DNA of 64,000 bases from Lingula anatina (GCA_051362555.1 CM120641.1:36834401-36898400); one strand, 5' to 3'. Positions 37,776 through 53,000 are shown, counted from the first letter of the stretch. Notes: generated by a model not told the origin, from the letters alone. Numbers and translations are program-made.

Positions 37776-38214
37776 ATGTGAAGCAACCCAACAAATGTCA
37801 TTATCATCTTTTTCTTTGGCTGAAAAGTGCATGAGACATTGCATTTGTCATACAACTATTCTCCAGATAATAGATAATGGATACCCCAATATAATAACAA
37901 TTAAAACAAAACACCTTCCACTTATTACATGTTCCTTCACATATCTGAAAGCATGTTATCATACTAAGCCAATCCCAATCCTGCTACAAATCCTTCTGGG
38001 GTAAAATGTATACTACCAATCCCAGACAGGTTCAATACATGACTGAGAATTTACACATATCCTCAGATCAAAGAAACTGAATGATTCAGAGCTATTCATT
38101 CTTAAGCAAGATCTAAAGGATTTACTTTCTGAAAATAGAGCACATTCACCGTTTCCTCCTGAGCACTTCTAAAAGCTATGCAAAACAATCTGACATAAAA
38201 TTCTATCTTCTTGG

Positions 38215-41200
38215 CTAGGAATGTAACCCATGAAACCACCTGTCCTCAGAGCTGCTCCTGGTTAAATTGCTCTCATTGGCACAACCATCTTCACTCTCAG
38301 AACTTGAAGAATCTGCCATAACAGTCTGAAAAGGTTAAATCTATGTTATCATTATGCACCTACATGCTAATGGCTAGTGTCTGCGTACGCTTATTGATCG
38401 CATTTGGAAATAATGCCCGCTTGGCACCGTTGGACATGTTCCAATGTTGGATTTGTTCCAATGTATGGGATTAAGAACAACAGTCTCTCTGACAAAATGG
38501 AAAGATACCACTAAAAATTTACTCACCTTATACCTGCTAGGTGAATTCGATACTTGACTCTTGATTCTCTTCATGGCACACTCTTTATCTGACAAGCTGT
38601 CAGCCATTCCATTGGTCAGTTCCTGGTGAAGATTCTCAGTGCTCAGAGTGGACAGGAGTCCCTCTGGGGTGTTTCGAGAGGAGTGGTCACTAGTGTTCTC
38701 ATCCTCGGACAAGTTCTCTGCTGAGCTGACTGAACAGGAGCGGTGAGGTACATGGTTTCTTTGACTGTAAGAAAAAAACATATTATAATAAAATAAAATA
38801 AATAAAAACCTTGCAACAGTTCCAAGACAGAGAATTAGACTTCTGTCATTATAATATGCAAAACATATATACTTTCTATGAAATAAATTTGATGATAAAC
38901 AAATTTTGATTAATAAATATAGTAATAGTCAATACAACCATGGGCAAGGCTGGAGATAAACACTTTTATAGACACAGAGGCACTATACTTACCGCATCCC
39001 ATCAAAGTCACTGTCCTCTCCATCACCTTCATCCTCGGATGAGGGATCATGTATTCCCTATAAAGAATTTGATATAAATAATAAATAAAATAGCTTTAAA
39101 ATGGTAAGCATGTTTATGTGCATTAGACAATTAACAATAGTAAACCACATGCAAGCTGAAGTCACATGCATTTAATATTGCAAAGTGGCACTCAAGCAGA
39201 AGAAAAAACAAATGCTTTTACTCTAGCATTTGAAATATTCTTTCAGACATTTTCCAAATGCATGCATGGCTGAAAACATCCCATTAATGCAGGGTTTGTA
39301 ATCCCACTTAACAAGTAAATATCAAAGTTCATGCACAAGTCAAGAGTGATTCCATTACTGCAGTCTTTCAAATCTATTAAAAAGTCAATATTTAAAATGC
39401 ATCCAGGGACTAAGCTATTTCTATGTACCCACCCTGGGTGAGGAACTCAGCACTCCATCTCTTGCTGCCTCAGAATCTGTTGTGTCACTACTAATGGCAC
39501 GAGCAGGCAACTTTTTAGGAACATCCGGAGAGTCACCGACACTTCTTTTCATTGTCATACTGTTAGTCATGGCATCAGAGTTGGTATTACTATCCGAGTC
39601 TAAATGCCCTCTTAGCTTTAAAACTCCATTGTTACTGTTATAATCTAACTCGGTATTTTCATTAGAGTTTTGAATTATCATTGGCTTGTCATTTAAGTCA
39701 TTTACAATCTCATTTGTAGGTTCTGGAGTGTCTGCAGGTTCTGGACTTGCCACAGCACTGGGATTGGTGCCAGTGTCAGGTTGGTCACCAGATGGAGTTG
39801 TCCTCTTACTGCTACATGATGGGTCACTACAGCTCCCATCACAGCCAAAGCAGACATCATTGATATTATGCTCTCTTGAAAATAAGTAAGCTGCTGCTGC
39901 ATGGGGAACTGAGTCCTCTGGCTTTTGGGCAGGGTCATTCATTTCCCTTATGGCTGTGCCAGGTCCAAGATATCTAAATCCTGATGGTGAAAACTTGGTA
40001 GTATCAATGACAAATCCAGCAATTTTATTGGAAGCAACTTCAGCAGCGTCCACTTCTGGAGAAGTTTTCATGGGACTACTAGAGGTAGCAAGAATCTGAC
40101 TGATTGAGCCTCGACTGTTGTTACGACGATGACGTATTTTGCGCATGCGTCTTGGTGAGGGCTGATCAGGGTTTGTGCCTAATGGACTTTCTTTGCCTGG
40201 TGACGTAGGACTGAAATAGCATGCAATTGTATGCTGATAAGCATTTGGCAATACAGCAGGTGCTCCCACTCTGGGCTCATGCTGGATAAATGAATGTCTT
40301 CTCAAGTTTTCTCAAAAGTCTAGTCAACATGGACTTTTGACCCAAGACAATATCAATGTAGCAGAAAAACAATTATAAATATTGATATATCTTTTGTGAC
40401 TTTTTAAAAATAAATTTTGGGAAATGAGAATTTTTCCAAGCATGTGCCCAGTAAGTATACCCTAATATCTCAGCAAATCTTTCAATTTTCCAATTGACTT
40501 TAAAATGTAAAAGCAATGTGAGCATGAGTATTCAGGCTGCAATTTCATGCATTTTTCAATACCATACTAATGCAACACACCGCATCTCAGTCCAATGCAT
40601 GCATTTTATCCCTTAATTACTTATCACTCAGAATCCCATCTTACCTGTTGTCTATAGATGTTGGTCTGTAACGCTTCTTGGCATTTCTTTCCATTTTCTC
40701 CTGAGCTTTGATAACTGGTTTGAGAATACTCTTGGGTCTCCTCCCTTTGCCTTCTGTCAAATACTGTTCTCTCCTGTAATCAGAAGATCAGATTACTATT
40801 TAAGGGTATGGCATACTCAAGTATAATCTATTTTCCTTCTTGAAAATACTAAGCTCTTGGGCACATGGAGCCCCAGGGCTTCTCCTTTTTTCCAGTTTAG
40901 CTATCAAATTTACTTGTATTATCGAATAAGACACTTCAAAATCTGAACTACAAAGTGCACACATAAAATTCAATGCTCTTAACTGCCATGTTCTCACTTT
41001 ATTGTTCACTTTTATGCTCCCAATTTTCTTGGGGGTAAACTTCAGTCTTAAACCTTAATATAATATTGATAATAATAAAAATCTCTTTCATGATTTCCTT
41101 ATCTATTAAGGTAAAAAAAAAAAAAAGAAAAAAAAACACCACAAATATACCTACCTCAGTAAGTCTTTCTCTCTTTTTTCAAGTTGTAACATACATGCTG

Positions 41201-44200
41201 TCAGCTCCATATATAGGTTGTTGGCTCTCTCAAGTTTCTTTTCATAATGTTCTCTCACATCCTGAGCATGTCTGAAATGCCATTGGTTTACTGTGCATTG
41301 TTCCTCAGTCTTTTTGCCACAAATTTATTTATCTATTATTATATATATATTTTTTTTTGAAACCGTTTATTAATGAGCAACTGTGGTTAACAAACTGTAT
41401 GTTTCAACTGCATATGTCACTGGTTCAGAAGTATTGCTAATAAAACATTATGGAAAATATTAATGATTTCACCTTAATTCTTCTCTTCTCCTTTTAATTA
41501 ATTCCTCTTCCAAATGTGGACGTAAATTGGAGCCACTACTCTTTATTTTCTGTAGCTGCTCTTTAATCTCTTCTTGCCAGTATTTCTGTAACAAAATTGA
41601 CGATTTGAAAAATCATTCCACAAGTTTTTTTTAAAATCGTTCATATTTCAGTATACAAAGTACTTTTACAAACATATCTTTTGTTGAGAATGAGTTCAGA
41701 ATCTGCACAACGTGCAAGATTGTTTTATATTCTTTTCCTTTAAAAAAATCCCAAAATTTATTCTCTACAAAATACTGTTTACGTGTCTCAAACCTACCTG
41801 CTGTATGAAGAACTCTTCACTGGGAATATTCTCAAGCTCTGACGAAGCAATCTCAAGATGCATCATCATCTGGCGGAAGGAGGGTCTATTTCGGGGTTTA
41901 AAACTCCAACACTGCCTCATAAGCAGCTTCATACCCTCTGGACAGGTGGAAGGAACAGGAAGATGGAGACTATTGCTCCCAACGCCCCATATGATAGCAG
42001 AGGAGTCCACATCTTTGTATGGGATTTCTGCTGTCAGGAGTTCCCATAAAACCACCCCAAATGACCTGTGGTATAAAAATAACTGTGTTATTATTTATGA
42101 AAGACAACACATGGCATTACAGACAGGTCACTTTTATTATTCATAAAAAGCATCTGGGGCCATGGAGGATTTTGGAAGCTGACCCATCAAGGTAATGGGA
42201 ATATACAATTTTAGTGTTACCAGATGCTTCCCATAGTATACATTATAAAAGTGAAAACTTTTTTGAAGACTGAAATATATTCAATTTATCAATCTACCTT
42301 CACTTTTCACTTATGACACCTAAAAAATTGTTTAAAAAATGCTTAAATCAGTGAAACACACACATGCATACAGGCATGCACATTTTGCACTCATGCTATA
42401 AAGAGATGAAAGTTCCTGTAGACTAAGTCAATTAAAATCACTTACCATATATCTACTTTCTCTGAACATAATTCATTTCTGATGACTTCAGGTGCCATCC
42501 AAGCTACAGTGCCAGCAAATGACATCTTTGTGCTTTTTTCATTCCACTCTCGACATGTTCCAAAGTCAGAGATCTTGATCACATCGTTCTTTGATATAAG
42601 TATGCTATAAAGACATAAAGAGCAATGTACATAAAACAGTTCACTAAATGCTAGAATACTTGACGAAAGTCAAATATGAGCACAAATCATCATTTCCATA
42701 AGTTTTTATAAATCATTTAATCAGAGTTTGCAATGAGTGGTCTAGTCCAGATAATGGTCATTAGTAAAAAGAACAGCACCTAGTAACCTAAAACCTTATG
42801 GTGTTGTGACATGATTGAACAATACTGTGACATCATAGACTTAAAAACATTTTATGTGGAGAACAATGCACTAATGATCAAACAACAATTGAAAGCAAAG
42901 AAAATACATTAATGACAGAATCCAGTTTAGTCCTAAAATGAGATGCACTATGGATTGTGTTTCACCTAGCTGAGGACAACAATGTTTCAATGTTGATGAA
43001 CCGGTATGAACTCATGACCCTATACAAGCACCTCAAGACTGGTAGTACTGCCAATGAACAATGTGAACCTTGATTCTATGATCAAAATTCTACAGGCTAC
43101 CACTAAGGGCATCTCATATCTGGCATTTCTTCCTCAGTTATCACAATAGCTGGGATCAGGAATAACTCCATTTGTATGGTTTTGCTGGAATACAGCCAAG
43201 TGCAAACCATCTACTAGTATGCTTCCACTTTCCAATGGATAATGACATCTGATTAATGTTTTATCTATTCATTTATTCAGTGGTAATAGAACAATTTCAG
43301 GAAAATAATGTTATGTGGATTCATTATGGACAGTTTTATAGAGATTTCAGACAGTGAAAAGATTACGGAAAACAGAAGAAAGGCATTAGAGCCTGATTGG
43401 AGCCAGACCATCTTGAAACTATCAATATTCTGCCATTTTTAAGAATATTAGATTACCATGCCGCCAGCAGTTCATAAACCAAGATGGACTTCATACAGCT
43501 TCATGTGCACAGAACAGTCTGTATAATCAGTGCCCTCATATGATCTTTATCATAGAAAGTTTGTTTTTTTTTTTCTTCACAAATAATTTGAACCCGTAAG
43601 TGGCAAGAGGGAATGGATACAAGGCAAGTTCATACATGATTGATTTTGTCTGCATTATCTGAAAGGATGGGAAGCATTGATCTTTTCCTGAGCAGACAGA
43701 ACATACAAATACAAGGGATTTTTAAATACAAAAAATAAACTTCCTTCAGAGATAATACATCATGAACTGCATTACCTAATAACATTTCTAAATAAAGAAC
43801 TGGCACGCTGTCCCAAATTCCATACTTTATAACCTGCATCAGCTGCCATTTAACATGGCACTCTCTCACTGTGCATACAGTATGGAGGTAATGTCTTCAG
43901 TTTTATTGATTTGCCATTTGCATGACTGGGTACCTCATTTCAAGCAGAGCTCTGCCTTGTTTGCATAAACTGTTTCTCAGATGCCGCAGAAGTGACCTAC
44001 ATTTAGTTAACGACTGGCTGGCACCAGCTTTAATTTGATTGTAATGAGATAGACTCCCATTTCCCTTCAAGGCGCCACAGACACGATATTAAAATATCAG
44101 AGCAAGGTGGTACTGAATAAAGGAAGATGGATCTTCAGTAAAGTGATTTACCTACAGTTCTAATGAGGCATGTAGAGAAGCTGTCAAACTGAGCAGGTTA

Positions 44201-47200
44201 CAATAGTGGATTGAATATTAGCATTTGTGTTTCAATACAAAATTTGATAATTTGAGAAACACTTGAAGCAGAACATTAAAGATTTATGAGAAAAACAGAA
44301 AGGGAAGCTGTCACGCATCGCGGACACTCATTTACACAACTTTTTACTCCTTAACAAGCTTTTTTATCTGTGGATGTCAAGACATGGATTAATTTTCAAC
44401 AGAGATCCCTTGTGAGTTTGTCAACCATTGCCATCAGATTTCCAAGTCTAATTTACAACCTGTCATTTGTAAGTTTCTCAAGGGACACATTAGCCATTTG
44501 GACATGGAAATAATTTATTAGCCTAGTATGACTGTCTATTAATGCATGCATATACTGCTTTCTCTGGGACACAAAGGGAATTCAGTGCCGTTCCTGTAAT
44601 TGTTGATACACATTATACAACAAGTGACAATGCAAAATTATGGATTTTAAGGCAAAATTAAATCCACTTTGATATTTTTCACCAAATTTGTTGAAAAAAT
44701 TATTTGATCAAATTTACTTGCAGGGATTTGCATTTTTCACAAAAACCTAGTCTTACAGTCAAATAGTATGTATCTATAAAGTAAGGCATTTCCTCTAAGA
44801 CAAAATCTTAACTTTTATATCTGATGATTGAAGAACTAGTTTCCATAAACATCAAAATACCAAATTCACAATAGGACTGAGGAAAAATTAAACCTGATGA
44901 ATGCATGTAAAGAGCACCCAAGCAGTGAAGAAAAACTACTTTGTTTCAACACTCTAGAATGTATAATTCCACTTAAACTGGGGATAAGCTTCAGGCAAGG
45001 AAATTACATTTGCATTTTAACTTACTTAGGTGACTTCAAGTCCCTGTGTATAATCTTGTGTGAATGCAGGTAATTCATTCCACTGGTGATCTGTTTTGCC
45101 CAGTCCAGAATTAGAGTTGGGGGAATTTCTTTTCCATCCCGCAAAACTTCATACAACTGTCCATAAGGACAGTACTCCATTATGATGCAGTAGCATGGTG
45201 CCTGAGTACACACTCCCCTAAAGGACAGAAACAATAGATTCTATTCATTCATTCCAAGTAAATAAAACATTCAATGTCATACCAAATTAAAGTCATCCAT
45301 CATAATACAAAGCAAATATCACAGGTTTACATTGGTGAGTTTCTGAATCAACATCTGCAAAAGTAAAAGAGCAGGACAGGCACCTGCAAATATATTTCTC
45401 ACTCTTTGATGTTGATCAGAGGCTGTCTGTTTTCTACTGGATATGACATAAAACACCCTTCAAGAGTACAAATATATATTATTTCACCTTGCTTAAAATA
45501 CGACATCTACTTTTACAGAATCAGTTAATTATTCAAAGACATAAATGATGCAGAGATACTGTAAGCAATGCTCTTCAAAGCTGACAAGTTTGTGTTGGCA
45601 AGTTTCACTAACAATCAACTGAAAATATTGAAAAAGAATGAGCACAGTAAACATTATATAACAAGGCAGCAAAGCTGTCAAATGTACAGACAAAATAACA
45701 GAAAAAAGGATGCAAAAGAGGTAATTTTGCCAATTTTGATGCAATAATAAACAAGCCCGTGGAACTTCAAAGTCACACTTTGAAAATGCCAATATGTGAA
45801 ACCGTTTAACTGGCAGTAAGAATTACCAAACAGACTGCATTGCCTACTGAAGCTGTATTTTAGTCCCATGTTTCTTTCCTGTAAGTTTGAGAACAGTAAG
45901 TGACATGCTTTTTCTTAAATGGTCATCATGGGAGCAGTGCCCAAAATAGTTTTTTTTTTTAATTTTGATGCAATATTACATAATGTTTAACAGCATAATG
46001 ACCATCAATTTTAATAATAAAATATTAGTATCATGGATATTCAGAAAATGTGACTAGCAAAGGTCTTCAGGCCCATGGAACTTCAAAGTCACAACTTGAA
46101 AATGCCAAAATGTAAACAAAGACGGCACTGTTCTGAAATGTTTTTTTTTTTTCATTTTTAACACTTTTTTAACATAAAACAAAATTAACAGTTTACTGCA
46201 ATTTTTATATGATCAACTAAGAAAATTGATGAGATGGGAAAAATATCAATACAGCAGTGTTAAATGTCCAATTTCTTCCATTCTGAGATTCTGAACATAG
46301 TGAATGATTGAATCTCACAAACTGCAATGATATGAGTTTATTTCCATTTTTGACACTTTATTACACAATACACGATATCAAGTTTACCATCATTTTTACA
46401 TAATCAACTAATAATGTTGTAAAGATGCAGATATGTCAACCAAACACTTTTACATGTCTTATTAGTTAAATAATGAGACTGTTAACATGCCTAAGAATTG
46501 AATCTGAGGAAATGTGAAACAAGACAGCACTGTTCTGACATGGGTTTATTTCCATTTTTAACACTTTTTTAACATAAAACAAAATGAACAGTTTACTGCA
46601 ATTTTTATATGATCAACTAAGAAAATTGATGAGATGGGAAAAATATCAATAGAATAGTGTTAAATGTCCAATTTCCTCCATTCTGAGATTCTGAACATAG
46701 TTAATGATTGAATCTGACAAACTGCAATGATATGAGTTTATTTCCATTTTTGACACTTTATTACACAATACACGATAACAAGTTAACCATCATTTTTACA
46801 TAATCAACTTACAATGTTGTAAAGATGCAGGAAATGTCAAACAAACACTTTTATGTATCTTATTAGTAAAACAATAAGACTGTTAACATGCCTAAGAATT
46901 TAATCTGAGGAAATGTGAAAAAACAGCATAACTTCTAAAATAATGGCCCAATTGTGCTGATTTTCGAACTCAACCTGCGTTTAAGTAAGATTGACCACTC
47001 CTGTGAGTTTAATGACAATTGGCCTATTTGTTTTTCTTATATTGTGTTTACAGTGTTGCATATATGCTGAAAAATGAAAAAACAGCATAACTACTAAAAT
47101 AGTGGCCAGATCATGCCGATTTTCGAACTTGACCTGCGTTTTAGTAAGATAGATTACTCCTGTGAGTTTCATGACAACAGGCCTATCGGTTTTCCTTGGA

Positions 47201-50080
47201 ATGTGTTTACAGTGTTGCATATATGCTGAAAAGTGAAAAAAAAGCATAACTTCTACAATAATGGCCCGATCATGCTGATTTTCGAACTTGACCTGTGTTT
47301 TATGAATATTCATCAGCTCTGTAAATATAAAGCCCAAAAGTAAAACTGCCTTCCACTTATCGTGTTTACAATGAAAGTGCACGGCACCAGCGACGGCGAT
47401 GACGGCGACGACAGACGCAGGTGATGGCAATATGTACAGACACATCTATATATATATTTACTGTACTGTTTGAGAACAGTAAGTGACATGGTTTTTCTTA
47501 AATGGTCATCATGGGAGCAGTGCCCAAAATAGGTTTTTTTCAAATTTTGATGCAATATTACATAATGTTTAACAGCATAATGACCATCAATTTTTAATAA
47601 TAAAATATTAGTATCATGGATATTCAGAAAATGTGACTAGCAAAGGTCTTCAGGCCCATGGAACCTCTAAGTCACAACTTGAAAATGCCAAAATGTAAAC
47701 AAGACAGCACTGTTCTGAAATGTTTTTTTTTTCCATTTTTTACAATTTTTAACATAAAACAAAATTAACAGTTTACTGCAATTTTTATATGATCAACTAA
47801 GAAAATTGATGAGATGGGAAAAATATCAATACAGCAGTGTTAAATGTCCAATTTCTTCCATTCTGAGATTCTGAACATAGTGAATGATTGAATCTGACAA
47901 ACTGCAATGATATGAGTTTATTTCCATTTTTGACACTTTATTACACAATACACGATAACAAGTTTACCATCATTTTTACAAAATCAACTAACAATGTTGT
48001 AAAGATGCAGGAAATGTCAAACAAACACTTTTACGTATCTTATTAGTTTAATAATGAGACTGTTAACATGCCTAAGAATTGAATCTGAGGAAATGTGAAA
48101 AATATGCTGAAAAGTGAAAAAACAGCATAACTTCTACAATAATGGCCCAATCATGCTGACTTTCGAACTTGACCTGCGTTTTATGAATATTCATCAGCTC
48201 TGTAAATATAAAGCCAAAAAGTAAAACTGCCTTCCACTTATCGTGTTTACAAGGAAAGTGCACGGCATCGGCATCGGCATCGGCATCGGCATCGGCGACG
48301 ACAGACGCAGGTGATGGCAATATGTACAGACACATCTGTGTCTGTACATAAAAAGTATGTACACTTACAGCAATCAAAACTTACTTAAAAGATATAATGT
48401 TTGGGTGGAACAGTTTCCTTAGATGCTTGATGTCAGTCTCTTTGACTTCCCTAACTTTCTTCACTGCCACTGGATCTTGGTCCAGTTTCCCCAGGAACAC
48501 TGCCCCCTGGGCCCCACTACCCAACCATTGGAGATCCTTGATGTTCTCAAACGGAATTTCCCAGTCATCTGTATACAAACAAATCAAAATACTTATCTGA
48601 AACTTTTGTGAAATGTAAATTCAAAATTAAGAAATACACATGAAAGCCATTGGTGATGGAGTCTTGTTGAGAATTAAAAGAATGAATGGACAATAGCTGA
48701 TTTGGGAGATGAATAAAATGAAAATACAAGATGAAGATTTACATAATACCTGCATTGATCAGATGGTAAAAGCTGCTAAACGTAATCTCATTCTAAGTTT
48801 AATCAAATATCAACAAAATTTTGTCATGTGATACAGTGACAGTACATGTGAATTATGGAGACAATGCCTTTTAATTCTTAATGAAGTCTGCAAAATTGAC
48901 ATTCCTCTTGGTTAACCACAGAAAACAAGCTATTGTGGAAGTATTGATTTTGTCAGATGGTGTTTCCGCATTTAGAGTATCATGTACAGATTTAAACCAA
49001 TTCACACGCAGGACAATGGAGCAAACACTGTGAAGAACATGTGGCAGAATCCACATCAATATTTGTCATATTTTGTACTGGTCTATTCAGCTTCAGTATT
49101 AGAAGTTCAATAATATCTATTAAACAGTGCATTTCCTCCTTATGCTGGTTATCCCCATTTGCATATCAATTCTGAATCAGTCAAATTTACCAGATCACGA
49201 AATCACTGCTCTTAGAAATAATCTACATCAAAGAAGCCAACTGTTTAGCATAGCAATATAACCAAAACAAATACTTGAGGAGTAAAAATATTTCACCTTC
49301 TCTACAAACATACCTTGCTGATGTTGCTGTTTCAGTTCCAGATCTGCAGCCCCAGTTTTTCCCAGCATAGACCAGACTGGTTTCAGACATCCCACGAGGC
49401 TCTCTAAGAACCCTCTCTGCCTGTAGTCAACCTCTCCCCCAGGGGAACTCCCCTCATCCTCTTCATCCTCCCCCTGAGATGTGCTGGACTGCAGACTCTG
49501 GGGGGTGGTAGCAGTGGAGGTACATGTGGAAGGTCCAGTCTTAGTAGAGGTCACTGTAATGTTTTCCACACCCTGTTCAATGCGCAGCATGCTGGAAAGA
49601 TTAAATAAAACACAATGCTTAAGAATGATCAAGCTTGTATACAATGTTTAAGAATGTGTCTGAGTTTCATCTCTCAAATAGCATGCTTCAGAATCATTAG
49701 ATTATGGAAGTCTCAAATGACACGCACTCCAATTCCCAAATGCCACACGATTATCTTCCAATTCATTGCACTTGTTTCAGATTGTTAAATCAAATTTCCC
49801 AAAACACAATTCACTTACTGATGGTGTTACAATTACCATAATTTGATGCAGATTAATACAAGTGTCTCAACATTCTGTCTCACCTATTCTCAAATTTCTT
49901 TGAAAAATCTTCAGAGTCCCCATCTGTGTTGTATGACAGCACATTCAAATGAGTTGGACTATTACGACTATTAATGGGTTCGTCTTTCTTGGGTACATTA
50001 AGTGTTGTAGTGACTACTGTATTTTTCTGGCCCTGCACTGCAGCAACAGTTTGGACAGGTTTTGGTCTTTCAAGTGTCAT
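38215..50080 (-). CDS. MAP3K13: Mixed-lineage / dual leucine zipper kinase (MAP3K12/13, DLK/LZK/Wallenda orthologue); exons 50080-49884, 49591-49314, 48568-48385, 45217-45026, 42604-42446, 42065-41798, 41585-41473, 41271-41155, 40773-40645, 40210-39433, 39057-38993, 38764-38527, 38325-38215
   Basis: [12 protein letters not shown]; [27 protein letters not shown]; HRDLKSPN; KISDFGT; [18 protein letters not shown]; zipper region [35 protein letters not shown]; C-terminal [14 protein letters not shown], which is LZK-like. All introns are GT-AG and in phase. The first and last exons are less certain. Confidence 0.93.
45660..48354 (-). mobile_element. Helentron-associated non-autonomous element (HINE-like), expanded composite copy
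   Basis: Reverse complement of the 14893 element: same terminal palindrome, hexamer microsatellite and 3' hairpin, plus extra internal duplications of ~120-bp and several-hundred-bp blocks. Starts ~30 bp from the MAP3K13 donor at 48384. Confidence 0.82.
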
Positions 50081-53000
50081 GACCTCTCTTACCTATGGCT
50101 TAGTTGACAAAGTGGCCTGGAAAAGACACAGGAACCTCAACACCATAATTTGACATAAAAAAAATTTAAACAGCTCTTTTTTTCAGACACCCAACTGAAG
50201 AACACATAAGGCTGGGCATGTCAACACATGGAAAACCTGAATTACAAGTATACATCTGAGTAGAAAATTAATTCACACTTCATGAAAATTCTATTTCAAT
50301 TCAATAAAGTTGGGAACTCAGTATGAGTGCCAACACATTATGCAATAAAAAAATGTATTTAATAAAATATATGAATTATTCTGCCCAACCTTCACAGATG
50401 AAACTGAATCAAACAACACTTTAAACCACTATGCTAAATGACCAGGGATCTTTTTAAAGATATAAATAATTCACTGACTACCAAAAGCAACATGACAAAA
50501 ACATAATGTTATTTCTTTGATCTCAACACAAAATGACAAAGTGCACGAAAGTGAGATTGCTATCTGTAAATATCATCTATATTCTATACATAGTCATCAG
50601 TGACGTCCTTTGCTAAAGGAGAAGATAATCCATAATTCAACATCTGAATGTGTGCCAAATATATTTGCTGTTCAATATCTTTAACCATCTGGAAAGGGAA
50701 GCCACAAAGTAGAGTATTATGAGTTCGTGTCCAATTAAGAACTATTTAAGGCAAGGTATATTCTGTCTCCTTTTGGCTTTTCCTGTAAACTATAAATGGC
50801 AGCATAAATGGCAGTGACCATTTCTATTTCTCTGAGTTTCTATTCTTATTACTAATAAATTGGCCACATTTTAACACCTATGCCAAGACTTTGTTTATAC
50901 AAATAAAAATGAATGTGTATTCCTATACTCCACATAAATATACTTTGTACAAGTTACAACAAGTGTCTTCCACTGTAGGCAACATACAATTACATCGAGG
51001 AGCAATGAGTAGTTAGAACTGACTTAGTATACAACTGACGTTTCAAACAATAGGTTGAAAGTACCAAAGCCTATGAAAATACAGGCAAACGTGTTAAGTG
51101 AAATACATGTGCAATTATCCTTTTGTTTGAAAAACTGGCCATGGGATCAAAATAAATTTACTAGTACTCTCAAAGGCACTTTGCAGATAAGGAGTCTTAT
51201 ATGATGCTTTCACAGACATCAACAAACAAGTTAATTTTGTCACTGAAGCTGATAACATGATAATGAAGACAGTGCATATATCAATTATCTTCGTCCACAT
51301 GAACTAGATATTGGTCCAATCTCTGATAAAATTTCTTTTAGTTAAATGGCCACACAAAAAATTTTGTTCAATATTGGTAAATTTGGCGAAACCATCATTC
51401 TTTTAACTCACATGAGAATACACGTAGGTATGAATTTATCCAAAAAAAGCTCAGTAACAGTGAAAACACTGACATTTTCAAGAACAATTGTCTAAATTAT
51501 TTTCATACTAGACCAATATACATTTCGATAGATACTTATCAGCAAATAAACTTACATATTCAATATATGCAAAACGACTTAAGTAAGTATGAATATAGCA
51601 ATTATACCATTGTAAAAATCAAAAACTGACCAACCCCACTGGATTTTATTGACTCCATAAATATCACAAACAAAAAGTTCCTATTAACATTTTTCCGTTG
51701 GGTAAAAACAAAAATAATCCAAAATATTTCAAATACAAGCTATTTACCTAAAAACCTCTTCTCAATAATGTGGCTGACAGTCAGTTTCAGAATACAGCAA
51801 CAATTGCCTTATCACTTTAAAGGTTGATCCATCTTAATTCCATTTTGAAGCATCAAAATCCTTTTAAGTCTTTAAAAACACTGTGCTGTTTACATCCACA
51901 CTCTTCTCAATGTTTTGGTTGAGGTCTAAGTGGATTGAGCAATCCCTGACAGTCATCCCCGTTTGTTATGGAACCCTCTGAATCACGCGGAGTGCGTGGG
52001 GGAAGGGCCTTGAGAAACGGTCTTCAGTCAGTCAGTAATTGCTTCACTGATTCACTCATGCTCAAAAACCCTGTGCACTGGATTCTGGCACAGCAGAAAC
52101 AGAGGCAACTAAATCAATACTTGCAGAGAAAGAGGCAAAAATCAATACCACTGCCATGCTGGGGTAATTGCGATAACCACTACCAAGATCCAATGTGGTC
52201 TAGTCAGGAATAACATCAAGAGTTTACTGCCCAGGGAACATAGAAATGTGAGAGAATTGCAAATACAAGTGTTTTAAATGGAGATATCTAAGAAGACGCT
52301 GGGTGTCAATATAAAAATACATATCTGTGTGCATTAACACCATATAAAGTCTCATATGATTTCAGCTATATAAAAATGGGAGCGTAATTTTAGATCCCAA
52401 GCATCTGGGTCAAATTATGTGTTAAAATTTTGTTTAAATAGCTAAACTGAAACAGCTTGGCAAATTTAGCATTTTAATAAAGAAGTTAACAATATTTCTT
52501 TAATTTGGGGATATTATCAATAATATTCACTCTTTATTATTTTCAGCTGTTCAAACATAATAGAAAATGGACCCAGTATATGATCTTCATCACATATGAG
52601 TATAAGCATGGTTTATTTAACTTGGATATAAACTATCATTTAAAATACATGTATTAACAGTAAATGTGCATCTTAATGATTATCTTTTTCTTGTAATTTA
52701 ACTTATGTTACGCCTGAAAAGATGAATAGAGAAATAGATTTTACAACATAATATTTAACGTGCTATAAATTCCAAGTTAAATGTAGGACAATGTTCACAC
52801 TAATGACTTTATTACAAACAGTAAATAAAAATGGGAAACGTGCCTTAATATATTTGCTATTATCAGATCATTATCCTTTCACGGCTGACGTGGGGCATGT
52901 TAAGCACCCATTCCAGTCCACTTAATGACATGAAGTAATTATTTCTGCTGTAGCCATGAAGTAATTGCCCATATGCAGTTCTACAGAGAAGACTTCTTAC

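Noticed and set aside
40211-40305. N-terminal part of the 294-aa ORF 39421-40305
   Set aside because: Probably intronic: a phase-compatible acceptor (TATTTCAG) lies at 40211. An alternative upstream acceptor is not excluded.
51968-52213. 81-aa plus-strand ORF upstream of the MAP3K13 coding region
   Set aside because: No recognisable motif or splice support; it lies antisense within the probable MAP3K13 5' intron.
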